From Alphaproteobacteria bacterium (lineage in GTDB: Bacteria; Pseudomonadota; Alphaproteobacteria; UBA7887): a DNA stretch of 64,000 bases. The stretch lies in assembly GCA_965216755.1 (NCBI GenBank), contig CBDCGL010000011.1, positions 2,752,001-2,816,000 of the forward strand, written 5' to 3'. A program made the translations under genes and the position numbers. This document shows, one piece after another, positions 42,183 through 55,317 of this stretch. Below the pieces are notes generated by a model. It saw only the letters and a list, made by a program, of their open reading frames with translations. It did not search any database and was not told where the DNA came from. The stretch's first letter is position 1. Every line of letters starts with the position of its first letter.

Positions 42183-42335
42183 AACTCCATGTCACACGGG
42201 GGCGGCCCGCCGCATTGATTGGTATCAATGTTCCGCACCAGCGGCCGATGGACCGCGGCCCCGCGCGGCGCGCCTCCTCTTTTGTGGACAGGCATTTACG
42301 GTCAATCAGACGCCGTCACACATCTTTGCCATCGG

Positions 42336-43268
42336 TTAGAACCCAACTTGATCGCCGCCCTTAAGGCGCAAGATCCCGCGGGCTTCATCGGACGTGGCGA
42401 TCTCGCGGCCGAGGCCTTCAATGATCTGGCGGACCATGCGCACCTGTTCGGCATTGCTTTCGGCGAGCTTCCCGGGACCGGCCCAAAGCGAATCTTCCAG
42501 ACCAACCCGGACGTTGCCGCCCATGGCCGCCGACATGGCCGCGATGCGCATCTGATGCCGACCGGCGGCGAGCACGCTCCACCGATAGTCGTTGCCAAAG
42601 AGGCGATCGGCGGTGCGTTTCATGTGCGCCACGTCTTCCTCATGTGTGCCAATGCCGCCCAGGATGCCGAATACCGACTGGACAAAGAACGGAGGCTTGA
42701 TGATCTGGCGGTCGGCCATGTGCGCCAATGTGTAGAGATGGCCAATATCGTAGCATTCGACTTCGAAGCGCGTGCCGTTTTCGGCACATTCGGTGAGGAT
42801 GAATTCAATGTCCGCGAAAGTATTCTTGAAGAATCCCGATTTCGAGCCTTCGAGATAGGGGCGTTCCCAGGCGAACTTGAACTCGTTGAAACGGGAGAGC
42901 ATCGGATAGAGGCCGAAGTTCATGGTGCCCATGTTGAGGGACGCAATCTCGGGCTTGAAGTTGGTTGCCGGCCGGGCGCGCTCTTCCACGGTCATGGTTA
43001 TGGCGCCACCGGTGGTGATGTTGACTACGCAAGGCGAGCGCTGCTTGATGACTTTCAAGAACGGCGCGAAGGCTTCGGTCGATTGATCGGGCTGGCCGGT
43101 TTCCGGATCGCGCGCGTGGAGGTGAACAATGGCCGCGCCGGCTTCGGCCGCGCCGATCGCGGCGTCGGCGATTTCCTGCGCCGTGATGGGCAGATGCGGT
43201 GACATCGACGGCGTGTGAATTGAGCCGGTGACGGCGCAGGTGATGATGACCTTGTCGGGCGCGGCCAT
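42336..43268 (-). CDS. Beta-keto acid cleavage enzyme (BKACE/Kce family)
   Basis: IITCAVTG, AGAAIVHLHARD, RVGLED. Confidence 0.93.
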   Translation of the reverse strand: MAAPDKVIITCAVTGSIHTPSMSPHLPITAQEIADAAIGAAEAGAAIVHLHARDPETGQPDQSTEAFAPFLKVIKQRSPCVVNITTGGAITMTVEERARPATNFKPEIASLNMGTMNFGLYPMLSRFNEFKFAWERPYLEGSKSGFFKNTFADIEFILTECAENGTRFEVECYDIGHLYTLAHMADRQIIKPPFFVQSVFGILGGIGTHEEDVAHMKRTADRLFGNDYRWSVLAAGRHQMRIAAMSAAMGGNVRVGLEDSLWAGPGKLAESNAEQVRMVRQIIEGLGREIATSDEARGILRLKGGDQVGF

Positions 43269-43286
43269 GGGAAACCTCCTCCGGAT

Positions 43287-44222
43287 TTATTTGCGCGGCT
43301 CTTGCGCGCGTTTGTGGGCGACGAGAGCGGCGATGCGATCATCGCGCCAGCGGCTTTTCGACAAAATCTCAGCTGGAGATGGCGCGTGCCCCCAATCGGC
43401 GACAATGCGCTCAATATTGGCCTGGCTCCAGATCTCTTCTGTCACCGGTTCGCGGGATAGACCATAGAGCGTCGGGCCATAGCGTTCGCAGTAATCGGCA
43501 ATGCCGCCCGGCGCGTTGAGCTCGATCGTCTCAAACGGCCCCATGAAAGACCAGCGCAGGCCGAGCCCATGGGCGATCGTCTTATCGAGATCTTCCGCCG
43601 TGCAGTAGCCCGCGCCAACCAGCCGGAGCGCTTCTGAGAGGAGGACAGCCTGCATGCGATTGAGAATGAAGCCGTCGATTTCCTTTTTGACCTCGATCGG
43701 GACCTGACCGACCGACTCATAGATTTCGCGGGCGCGCTTGATAATTTCACGAGAGGTCCAGGGCGCGCCGCAAAGTTCGACAATCGGGACGACATTTGGC
43801 GGGTTCACGGGATGGGCAATGAGACAGCGTTCGCGGCCATCGAGTCTTTCGGTGAATCGAGACGTGACAATGGCGGAAGAAGAAGACGCGAGAATAGCTG
43901 ACTTCGGCGCCGCGGCATCGAGCGCCTCGAAGATCTGGATCTTTGTGTCAATTCGCTCAGGCCCGGACTCCTGAACGAGGTCAGCGTCCGCGACCGCGTC
44001 TTCCAAACTGTCGGCGACCGCGAGCCTGGCCCCGGCCGCGGCCGGATCCGCGACCAAACCATGGTCCGCGAGATCGGACAGCGAGGTGCGGATCAGGTCA
44101 AGTGCTGTTGTGCGCGTCGGCTCGTGAGCGTCGAAAACGCTGACATCCCATGCCGCACGCGCAAATACATTGGCCCAGGCGCGCCCGATCAGGCCGCAAC
44201 CGACAATAGCGACGCGCGGCAT
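43287..44222 (-). CDS. 3-hydroxyacyl-CoA dehydrogenase family (carnitine/gulonate dehydrogenase-like)
   Basis: GCGLIG, QESGPE, AHPVNPP...VE, GFILNR. Confidence 0.9.
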   Translation of the reverse strand: MPRVAIVGCGLIGRAWANVFARAAWDVSVFDAHEPTRTTALDLIRTSLSDLADHGLVADPAAAGARLAVADSLEDAVADADLVQESGPERIDTKIQIFEALDAAAPKSAILASSSSAIVTSRFTERLDGRERCLIAHPVNPPNVVPIVELCGAPWTSREIIKRAREIYESVGQVPIEVKKEIDGFILNRMQAVLLSEALRLVGAGYCTAEDLDKTIAHGLGLRWSFMGPFETIELNAPGGIADYCERYGPTLYGLSREPVTEEIWSQANIERIVADWGHAPSPAEILSKSRWRDDRIAALVAHKRAQEPRK

Positions 44223-44464
44223 AGTTTTCTCCTTCGCTCTCGTCTCAAGTGGGTTTCAGGTCAGCAGGGACTACGGTGGCGGGCCGTGCCGGCGCAACAC
44301 GTCCATTTTATCCCAAAAGTCGCGGCGGTCACGCGGGTTGGGCCATGCCGCGCGTGTCCGACCGCGCGCTGCGCATCGGCCGCCGGACATGCCGGCAACA
44401 AAGCCCGCTTGGCGACCTGCGCATGAGCCGGGCGCACCAAGACAGACGCGAATCAACCCTCCCG

Positions 44465-45946
44465 TCAGCGAAGCACAAAGGGATTGCCGGGCGCCGTTTC
44501 TGAGATGTTGATCCAGATCGACTTGGTCGAAAGATATTCACGAATGGCTTCGATCCCACTCTCGCGCCCGATGCCAGAGCGCTTCACGCCGCCGAACGGC
44601 ATCATGTAGCTGATCGCGCGATATGTGTTGACCCAGACCGTACCCGCCTTGAGCGCTCGGCTCATGCGGATGGCGCGGCCAATGTTCTGGGTCCAGACTC
44701 CCGCGGCGAGGCCGAAGATCACGTCATTTCCAATGGCGACCGCCTGCGCCTCGTCTTCGAAGCCGATGATTGACAGAACGGGGCCGAACACCTCCTCCTG
44801 CGCAATGCGCATGTGGTTGGAGACATCGGTGAAGATGGTCGGCTCGACGAACTGCCCGCCGATGATTTCCGAACCCTCGGGCTTGCCGCCACCGATCAGG
44901 CAGCGCGCGCCCTCGGATTTCGCAATGTCGATATAATCGAGGACCTTGCCATATTGCGGCGTGGTGGTGACGGGGCCGATGTTGGTTTCGGGCTTCATCG
45001 GATCGCCGATACGTGCGGTGCGGGCGATTTCCACCAACATCTCGGTGAACTCTTCCTTGATCGAGTTTTGAACCAGAAGACGCGAGCCGGCGACGCAAGT
45101 CTGCCCGGTCGCGGCGAAAATGCCCGATGCGGCGCCAGCTGCTGCCGCTTCGAGATTGGCGTCGTCGAAAACGATGTTGGGGGATTTGCCGCCGAGCTCC
45201 AAGGAGACGCGCTTGATGCCCTTGGCGGCCGCCGCATAGATCGCTGCGCCAGTGCGGTCGGAGCCAGTAAAGGTGATTTTGGCAACATCCGGATGTTCCA
45301 CAAGCGCGGCACCGGCTTCGGCGCCAAAGCCCGTGACCACGTTGAACACGCCGTCGGGGATACCGGCCTCCTTGGCCAACGCGGCGTATTCCAGGGTGGA
45401 GGCCGACGTGAACTCCGAGGGCTTCACCACCACCGAACAACCGGCGGCCAGCGCTGGCGCGCATTTCCAGGCAATGAACAGGAGCGGCGAATTCCAGGCG
45501 GTGATGGCGCCGACGACGCCGACCGGTTCGTGGTCTGTCAAGGCGAGATGATCGGGCTTGTCGAGCGGCACCACAGCGCCCTCGATCTTGTCGGCGAGCC
45601 CGGCATAGTAATACCACCACTCCGGATGATAGCGGAGTTGGCCCAGCATCTCAGAATAGAGCTTACCGTTGTCGCGCACCTCGATTTCGGCCAAACGCTC
45701 GGCATTTGCGGCCACCAGATCGCCAAGCTTGCGCATTGCTTTGCCACGTGCCGAGGGCGTGGTCGACGCCCAGGGCCCGACGGTCATCGCGTTCCCGGCC
45801 GCGGCGACGGCCGCGTCTATGTCGGCGGCACCGCTACGGGGGATCTGCGCCCACACCTCGCCCTTGTACGGGTCATGGCTGTCGAACCACTTACCGCCGA
45901 CCGGGTCGACATATTTGCCGTCGATAAAATTCTGGTAAGTATTCAT
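44465..45946 (-). CDS. Aldehyde dehydrogenase
   Basis: WNSP, FTGS, LELGGKSP, GQTCVAG, EEVFGP. Confidence 0.95.
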   Translation of the reverse strand: MNTYQNFIDGKYVDPVGGKWFDSHDPYKGEVWAQIPRSGAADIDAAVAAAGNAMTVGPWASTTPSARGKAMRKLGDLVAANAERLAEIEVRDNGKLYSEMLGQLRYHPEWWYYYAGLADKIEGAVVPLDKPDHLALTDHEPVGVVGAITAWNSPLLFIAWKCAPALAAGCSVVVKPSEFTSASTLEYAALAKEAGIPDGVFNVVTGFGAEAGAALVEHPDVAKITFTGSDRTGAAIYAAAAKGIKRVSLELGGKSPNIVFDDANLEAAAAGAASGIFAATGQTCVAGSRLLVQNSIKEEFTEMLVEIARTARIGDPMKPETNIGPVTTTPQYGKVLDYIDIAKSEGARCLIGGGKPEGSEIIGGQFVEPTIFTDVSNHMRIAQEEVFGPVLSIIGFEDEAQAVAIGNDVIFGLAAGVWTQNIGRAIRMSRALKAGTVWVNTYRAISYMMPFGGVKRSGIGRESGIEAIREYLSTKSIWINISETAPGNPFVLR

Positions 45947-46453
45947 AATTCGGCTCTCCTCATCGCCCGTATCTTAACTTATCGGACAGCAGTCGCCTGG
46001 CCTGGAATCCGGCACCCCCGGCATTCCCAAACCACGCCCGGATTGGCCGCGAACAGACCTGGTCGGCAAATACGCGGCGGATGTTGCGAGGCACCGACTT
46101 CAATCAGTTGGAGCAAGTCCGCAGCAAACGCGCCCAGGTTATCCCGCCCTGGCGTAAACCATTCAAGCGACCCTTTCATGGCCCCGATCCTGACCACCGG
46201 CGACCCACGCGAAGGGCGGCGCAGTGCGATGCGCGTGTCCCGAATTCGTGGTTCGTCACGTCTGACCCCACGCACCTTACGAACTTCGGATTCGTCAGGA
46301 CCCGAGCCGAACATTGGAATCTCGTGCGGTGGACCAGGCAAGCCGCCCAAGCAATGTGGTCGTCCACTTGGATTCCCATTGGGGTCACCCGCCGGTCGCG
46401 AACCCGCGGGGCCAGCACTCAAATAGGCGAAGCCGGTAGCGCAGACAAGAACA

Positions 46454-46543
46454 TGGCGGAGGGAGTGGGATTCGAACCCACGGTACGCGTAAGCGCACAA
46501 CGGTTTTCGAGACCGCCCCGTTCGACCACTCCGGCACCCCTCC
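46454..46543 (-). tRNA. tRNA-Ser(CGA)
   Basis: 90-nt cloverleaf with long variable arm, anticodon loop CT-CGA-AA, GGTTCGAATCC and CCA end. Confidence 0.96.
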
Positions 46544-46752
46544 AAACCTTATGTTTCAGCAACTTAAATCAGATGCACGCTCCCGAAATCGATCCCCTAT
46601 AGCCAGATCAAAACCCATTTTTTTCGCGGGCTGAGATGTGGCACAAGTTGCGTGAACGTGCCAGTCAAATCGTCAGCGAGCCGGGCCGCGCCTCAGCCGC
46701 TGTGCGGCGCTTGGCATACGACGGCGCGGCGCTGGCCGACACGACGGATGGG

Positions 46753-48045
46753 TTACGGCTTGCCCAGTTCCTCGCGTCGCGGGCCCAGATAACCGAACAG
46801 ATAGGCAGCCACCTTTCGCATTTGAATCTCCTCCGCGCCCTCGGTAATGCGATAGCGGCGGTGGTGGCGATAAATGTGCTCGAACGGTTTGTGCCGTGAA
46901 TAGCCGATACCGCCGTGCACCTGCATGGCCCGGTCGGCCGCCTCGCAGACCAGCCGGTTTGCCCAGTAGTTGCACATGGAGACCTTGTCAGAGAGGCGTT
47001 TTTCGACCTCGGGATGGCGCATCTGATCCATCTCCCAAGCCGTCTTGCGGATGAGCAAGCGGAGCATCTCAACCTGGGTCGCCAGCTCGACCAGGGGGAA
47101 TTGGATCGCCTGGTTGGCGGCAAGCGCCTTGCCGAACGGCTTTCGCGCACGCGCATAGCGCACGCTTTCCGCGATGCAATAGCACGCCGCGCCCAGCGAC
47201 GAGGCCGCTTGCCGGATGCGGTTTTCGTGCACAAAGGCCTGGGCCAGGGCGAGCCCCCCGCCGCGCGCGCCGAATTGCGCGTCCCCCGGCACCCATAGGT
47301 CGCGCAGGGTCAGACGCGGATGATCGGTCGGCATGTTGAAAGTCCACAGATACTCCTCGATCACCAGCCCCGGCGTGTCGCGCGGCACCAGAAAAGCGGT
47401 GATGCCGGCGGCGTCGCCTGGCGCACCGTCGCTGCGCGCAAAGACCACACAGTGGCTCGCCCGATGCATGCCGGTGATCCACATTTTTTCGCCGTCGATG
47501 CGCCAGCCATCGATACCATTGCGGCGTTCCGGCGCTGCGCGCGTCGCCATGTGAGTCGCGTCCGAGCCGTGGTGCGGCTCGGTCAGGCCGAAAGCGAAGC
47601 TATAGCGACCCACGAGCGCCCCGGGAATGAACTCCGTCTTTTGCGGCGCGCTGCCAAAATCGCGCAGCATGAGTATGATCGGGAAATTGCCAACGACCGA
47701 GTGTTCGTTTTGCAAATCGTTGAATAGCCCGAGCCCCTTGGCGGCAAGGTGCTCGCGGATCACCGCCATCCACAAATTGGTCCCGTCCGCGCCACCATAT
47801 TCGGACGGCAGCGTGAAGCGATAGAACCCCGCCTTGTCGGCACGCCGTACCGCTTCGGCCAACAACGCCTCCCATTCGGGGCGCGGTAGACCGCCGGCGT
47901 CGAAATCGGTCCGCGCCCACTCTCGGCGATGGTCGAAGAAGCGTTCATTGTCGTCGGCGGCCTGCAACGGCGCGATCTCCGCCTCGATGAAGGCATCCAA
48001 ACGCGTGAGATAGTCAACCAGATCAGCGGGCAACGCGAAATCCAT
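46753..48045 (-). CDS. Acyl-CoA dehydrogenase (LvaC/ACAD10-11-like)
   Basis: FGLTEP..GSDA, GEKMWIT, MQVHGGIG, RITEGAEEIQ. Confidence 0.92.
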   Translation of the reverse strand: MDFALPADLVDYLTRLDAFIEAEIAPLQAADDNERFFDHRREWARTDFDAGGLPRPEWEALLAEAVRRADKAGFYRFTLPSEYGGADGTNLWMAVIREHLAAKGLGLFNDLQNEHSVVGNFPIILMLRDFGSAPQKTEFIPGALVGRYSFAFGLTEPHHGSDATHMATRAAPERRNGIDGWRIDGEKMWITGMHRASHCVVFARSDGAPGDAAGITAFLVPRDTPGLVIEEYLWTFNMPTDHPRLTLRDLWVPGDAQFGARGGGLALAQAFVHENRIRQAASSLGAACYCIAESVRYARARKPFGKALAANQAIQFPLVELATQVEMLRLLIRKTAWEMDQMRHPEVEKRLSDKVSMCNYWANRLVCEAADRAMQVHGGIGYSRHKPFEHIYRHHRRYRITEGAEEIQMRKVAAYLFGYLGPRREELGKP

Positions 48046-48061
48046 GTCCCAGCTCCGTTTG

Positions 48062-48415
48062 TCACCCGGTCAGGTGGCGGTAAAGAGGAAAACGTGGCTG
48101 GTCAACGGCGACCTTGGCCAATGTCGTCTGCCACAGATGTTCGACCAGCCCCTCGGTCGATAGGTCCATCCTGCCGGCGGCGATTTCGGCGGCGAGCGCC
48201 TCGGTCAAATTGGTAAGGTCGCCCACGCGTCCCAGCAAGTCGGCGAGCCGTTGCCGTTCCGCGTCCGCATCGGCCGGGTCCAGGGACAACTCACGCTGCG
48301 CGATGGCCAACGCTGCGGCCGCAACCGTGCGCTCGTATACCGTCCCGGGTTCGGGTTGGCGCAAAAAATCGGCAACTGCGGCGATGATGTCGACGGCGCC
48401 AGGCTGGTCTTGCAT
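48062..48415 (-). CDS. Small LvaB/DUF6285-like protein
   Basis: MQDQP...AV..FL...RE...L...TLAKVAVDQPRF; lies between the phosphotransferase and the ACAD. Confidence 0.75.
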   Translation of the reverse strand: MQDQPGAVDIIAAVADFLRQPEPGTVYERTVAAAALAIAQRELSLDPADADAERQRLADLLGRVGDLTNLTEALAAEIAAGRMDLSTEGLVEHLWQTTLAKVAVDQPRFPLYRHLTG

Positions 48416-49410
48416 CAGTCAGTCCTCCCCGTCAGCTTAGCCAAAAGCACCAACTCGGTCTCCGACGCGCGCCGGGCGATGACGTGGCGTTCAACAGAGG
48501 TGTCGTCGCCGGCACGAATCCAGCCGCCCATTTCTGTTGTGATAACACCCCAGCATAGCGCCGACCAAATTTCCCACCAGGCCACCCGAGTCGGATCGAC
48601 AGGCGCGCCGCCGGCGGCCTCATAGGCCGCGAAAACATCCTCTCGCCTTGCCATGCCGCCCGCCGGGTGCGCGCCACCGAAGCGCCAGCTTTCCATGCAC
48701 AGCCAACCGAAATCGGCGTGGCGATCGCCGCGGAAGGTCATCTCCCAGTCGAGCACGGCGGCGAGGCCGTCAGGGCGAAACATCAGGTTGCCCATGCGGA
48801 AGTCGCCATGCACCAGTCGCGGCCCGCCGGCCTCGGGTGCAGGCGCGGTGTCGGCGAGTTGGCGCAGTGCCAGGGCGAACACGGGACGCGGCGCACCCAC
48901 GGCAGCATGCCGTCGGGCAAGGTCGGCAACGGCTTCCGCCGGCGTGACAGCCCGCAGCGCGAGCCCATCCGTTGCCGCAGCGTGGATGCGCGCCAGAGCC
49001 GTGCCGAAATCCGCAGCGGCCCGGTTTCGCGCCGGGGCAAAGGCATCGCCCTGGAGAACGCGCTTCGGCAAGGTCTCGCCTTCGACGAAGTCCATAACGA
49101 AGGCCTCGCCAAGACCATCGTCGGGCGCCAGCGTGCACCGCACCCGCGGCACCGGCGCCCCGGCGGCCGCTGCCCGCGCCATCGCGACGGCCTCGGCGGC
49201 GGGTCCGAGCGAGACGGTTCCCGCGCGCGCGCCGGGCGAGCGCCTGAGGATCAGCCGCGTGCCCGGCCCCTCTAGCCTGAACGCCCAGATCTGCTGGCTG
49301 GCACCGCCTGCGAGCCGCCGCACGTCCACCACACCCGTGGCCGCGTTGTCCAGACGTCGCGCGATACGCCCCAGGCCCCTGGCAACAGTGGCATCGTCAT
49401 GTATCGCCAC
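48415..49410 (-). CDS. APH-family phosphotransferase (LvaA-like)
   Basis: GGAS, LVHGDFRMGN, VLDWE. Confidence 0.9.
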   Translation of the reverse strand: MAIHDDATVARGLGRIARRLDNAATGVVDVRRLAGGASQQIWAFRLEGPGTRLILRRSPGARAGTVSLGPAAEAVAMARAAAAGAPVPRVRCTLAPDDGLGEAFVMDFVEGETLPKRVLQGDAFAPARNRAAADFGTALARIHAAATDGLALRAVTPAEAVADLARRHAAVGAPRPVFALALRQLADTAPAPEAGGPRLVHGDFRMGNLMFRPDGLAAVLDWEMTFRGDRHADFGWLCMESWRFGGAHPAGGMARREDVFAAYEAAGGAPVDPTRVAWWEIWSALCWGVITTEMGGWIRAGDDTSVERHVIARRASETELVLLAKLTGRTD

Positions 49411-49618
49411 CCTTCTATACCTCGGTTATCTATACCTCGGTTAGCATGCAAACTGGTACGCCGCGCGGCACGGCGGGCATGACGCCGTTCTCTCGCCCGG
49501 CTTTTTGCGCGTGTCGGACGTCGGTCTCGGTCCCACGCCGCGGCGATCCCGACACACGCGGCATTCTTGCTTGGGCATGCCGCCTCTTCTCGGGCAGCGA
49601 CGCCGACAAGCAACGATA

Positions 49619-50581
49619 TCAGCCGCGCAGGCGGGCCCTGGCGATATTGTACTCTGCCGCCAAACGATCAACATATTCCGCTACCGTGCCCACGGTCTTA
49701 ATCGCGCCGATGCCCTGCCCACAGCCCCAAATATCTTTCCAAGCCTTGGCGGAGCTGCTGCCGCCCGAGCCGAAGTTCATGACCGACGGGTCGCTTTCTG
49801 GAAGGTCGTGCGGATCGAGACCGGCGTTTTCGATCGACGTTCGAAGATAATTGCCATGCACACCGGTGAAGAGATTGGTGTAAACGATGTCGTCCGCCGC
49901 ACTGTTGACGATGGCCCGTTTGTACGCGGCCGCCGCGTTGGCTTCCTCGGTGGCGATAAAAGGCGAGCCGATGTAGGCGAGGTCCGCGCCCATCGCTTCG
50001 GCGGCAAGAACCGCAGCGCCGTTCGCGATGGCGCCAGACAAGGCGATCGGGCCGTCGAACCATTCCCGACATTCCTGTACCAAGGCGAACGGCGATTGCA
50101 CGCCCGCATGACCGCCGGCGCCCGCCGCCACGGTGATCAGACCATCCGCGCCCTTCTCGATCGCCTTGTGGGCAAAGAACTGGCTGATCACGTCATGCAG
50201 AACAATGCCGCCATAGGAATGCACCGCGCAATAGACGTCTTCACGGGCGCCAAGCGAGCAAATGACGACGGGCACCTGGTGTTTGACGCATAGCTTCAGG
50301 TCTTCATCCAGCCGGTCATTCGACTTATGGACGATCAGGTTCATGGCGAATGGCGCGGCCGGACGGTCTGGATCATCCCGGTCGTGCGCGACGAGTTCGG
50401 ATTTGATTCGGGTTAGCCAGGCATCGAGAACGTCGAGCGGACGCGCGTTGAGAGACGGAAACGACCCAACCACTCCGGCTTTACATTGTGCGATCACCAG
50501 ATCGGGACCGGAAATGATGAACAATGGCGCGCCGATCACCGGAATTCTCAGCTTTGATTTCAAAGACATCTCTTTAGACAT
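49619..50581 (-). CDS. Nitronate monooxygenase family flavoprotein
   Basis: IPVIGAPLF, AGGHAG, GAD.AYIGS.FIATEEA. Confidence 0.9.
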   Translation of the reverse strand: MSKEMSLKSKLRIPVIGAPLFIISGPDLVIAQCKAGVVGSFPSLNARPLDVLDAWLTRIKSELVAHDRDDPDRPAAPFAMNLIVHKSNDRLDEDLKLCVKHQVPVVICSLGAREDVYCAVHSYGGIVLHDVISQFFAHKAIEKGADGLITVAAGAGGHAGVQSPFALVQECREWFDGPIALSGAIANGAAVLAAEAMGADLAYIGSPFIATEEANAAAAYKRAIVNSAADDIVYTNLFTGVHGNYLRTSIENAGLDPHDLPESDPSVMNFGSGGSSSAKAWKDIWGCGQGIGAIKTVGTVAEYVDRLAAEYNIARARLRG

Positions 50582-50870
50582 TCGTTATTCCTGACCGGAA
50601 CCAATTCGAAATGACGGCAAAAGCATAAGGAGTTGTTGGCGTCAAAAAGCGATCATATACCGGGTTATCGGCGATGCGCGGCCACCGGTTGCTTCACAAG
50701 ATGTGGTGACCACTTCCGAACAAGCGCGCGACCTTGGCGGTTTGCGATCCGATGGAAACGTTCGGCCGCCAACCGCGCGCCAGATTGACAAGCGTTTGGG
50801 CAAGCGTATAGTGCGCGCTTCCGTTTTGCGGCGGGATCCCAACTTGAATTCAACGCGCAGGCAGCGCCAC

Positions 50871-51425
50871 ATGTACGCAGTCATCCGGACCGGCGGCAAG
50901 CAGTATAAAGTCGCCAAGAACGACGTCATCAAGATTGAAAAAGTGGCCGGCGCCGCCGGTGCCACGGTGTCGTTTGACGACGTATTGATGGTTGGCGACG
51001 GCGGCAACACGACGGTCGGCACGCCTCAAGTCGATGGTGCCAGCGTGACCGCGGTGGTGCTGGAGCAGGGACGCGACGATAAGATCATCGTGTTCAAGAA
51101 AAAGCGCCGACACAACTATCGGCGCACCCGGGGCCATCAACAACCGATCACCGTCTTGCGTGTCACCGACATCGCCGTTGGCACGAAAAAGGCCGCGCCG
51201 GCACGGCGGGCGCGCAAAAAAGCGGCAGACGAGCCAGAGTCGGCGCCCGCGGCCACGACGGCGGGGCAAGCTGAAACCACGGCCGCGACCGAAGCCAAAG
51301 CGCCCGAGCCGAACGCCACCAAGCCAGCGCGCAAACCGCGCAGCCGCGCCAAGAAAACCGAAGACACCGACGCCACGCCAAAGGCGGACGCGGCGCCCGA
51401 GCACGGCGACGGCGACACGAAATAA
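50871..51425 (+). CDS. rplU: 50S ribosomal protein L21 with a low-complexity C-terminal extension
   Basis: [14 protein letters not shown]...[16 protein letters not shown]. Confidence 0.97.
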   Translation: MYAVIRTGGKQYKVAKNDVIKIEKVAGAAGATVSFDDVLMVGDGGNTTVGTPQVDGASVTAVVLEQGRDDKIIVFKKKRRHNYRRTRGHQQPITVLRVTDIAVGTKKAAPARRARKKAADEPESAPAATTAGQAETTAATEAKAPEPNATKPARKPRSRAKKTEDTDATPKADAAPEHGDGDTK

Positions 51426-51437
51426 GGAGACCCACAG

Positions 51438-53992
<2,555 letters not shown>

Positions 53993-53996
<4 letters not shown>

Positions 53997-55303
53997 CCGC
54001 GCTACAGGCAGCCGAAATCCGTGAAGGTGGTGAGGCCGACAGCATCACTGACGTCGAAAGCGCCATGGCCGCCCTGGGCGCCGGCGCGCGTGCTGCCGGT
54101 CAGGTCTTGGCCAAGGCGTCCACCGCGCGAAAAAATGCCGCGCTGACGGCGGCCGCCCAGCATATGCGCGCGCATGCAGCGGGCATCCTGGCCGCCAACG
54201 CCCGTGATATGGCCGAAACCCGGGGTCGCGGCGCCACCGGTGCCTTTCTCGACCGCCTGGAACTCAACCAGGCACGTGTTGAGGCGATGGCCAATGGTTT
54301 GGACGACATTGTCGCCTTGCCGGATCCGATCGGCACCGTGATCGGCGAATGGCAGCGCCCGAATGGCCTGAAAATCAGCCGCATGCGTGTTCCCCTTGGG
54401 GTGATCGGCATCATCTACGAATCGCGCCCGAATGTGACGGCCGACGCCGGCGCCCTATGCCTGAAGTCCGGCAACGCCGCTATTTTGCGAGGTGGATCGG
54501 AAAGCTTCCATTCTTCACGGGCAATCTGCGATAGCTTGGTCGCCGGGTTGCGGGCCGCCGACCTGCCAGAGGGCTGCATCCAACTGGTCCCGACCCGTGA
54601 CCGTGCCGCCGTCGGTGTTATGCTAACTATGACGGACGATATCGACGTCATCGTCCCGCGTGGCGGCAAGTCGTTGATCCAGAGGGTCGCGGCCGAAAGC
54701 CGCATTCCGGTGATCAAACATCTTGACGGCATTTGCCATGTCTATATTGACCGCACCGCCGACCCGCAGATGGCTGAGGAAATCACCGTCAATGCCAAAA
54801 TGCGCCGAACGGGGATATGTGGGGCGGCCGAAACGCTGTTGGTGCACAAAGACGCCGTGAACGCGACCCTACCGCGGATTGTCGAGCGCTTGACCGTGGC
54901 CGGCTGCGCCATCCGCGGCGACCAAGCGGCGCAGCAATGTGACCCGCGGGTGACACCTGCCAGCGACGCCGATTGGGACACGGAGTATTTGGACGCGATT
55001 TTGTCGGTGCGCGTGGTCGAATCCCTGGACCAGGCCATCGATCACGTTGAACGCCATGGCTCGCACCACACCGACTCGATCGTCACCAATGACCACGCGG
55101 CGGCCGAGCGTTTCCTGAGCGAGATCGACAGCGCCATCGTGCTTCACAACGCATCGACGCAATATGCGGATGGCGGTGAGTTCGGCATGGGCGCGGAGAT
55201 CGGTATTTCGACCGGTAAGCTTCACGCCCGCGGCCCGGTCGGTTTGGAGCAGCTGACAAGCTACAAATATATCGTCCGTGGCGACGGACAGGTTCGGCCC
55301 TGA
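53993..55303 (+). CDS. proA: Gamma-glutamyl phosphate reductase
   Basis: [37 protein letters not shown]. Confidence 0.97.
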
Positions 55304-55317
55304 ACGCATTCTATCGG

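Noticed and set aside
30284-46426. Long antisense ORFs (e.g. 30284-31885, 42219-43202, 44813-46426)
   Set aside because: Shadows of well-supported genes on the opposite strand, typical of high-GC DNA
45979-46545. 188-aa ORF across tRNA-Ser
   Set aside because: Its N-terminus is just the tRNA sequence translated; no recognisable domain in the remainder
42200-46620. Second island at tRNA-Ser(CGA)
   Set aside because: Catabolic genes flank the tRNA, but I found no integrase and no duplicated tRNA end
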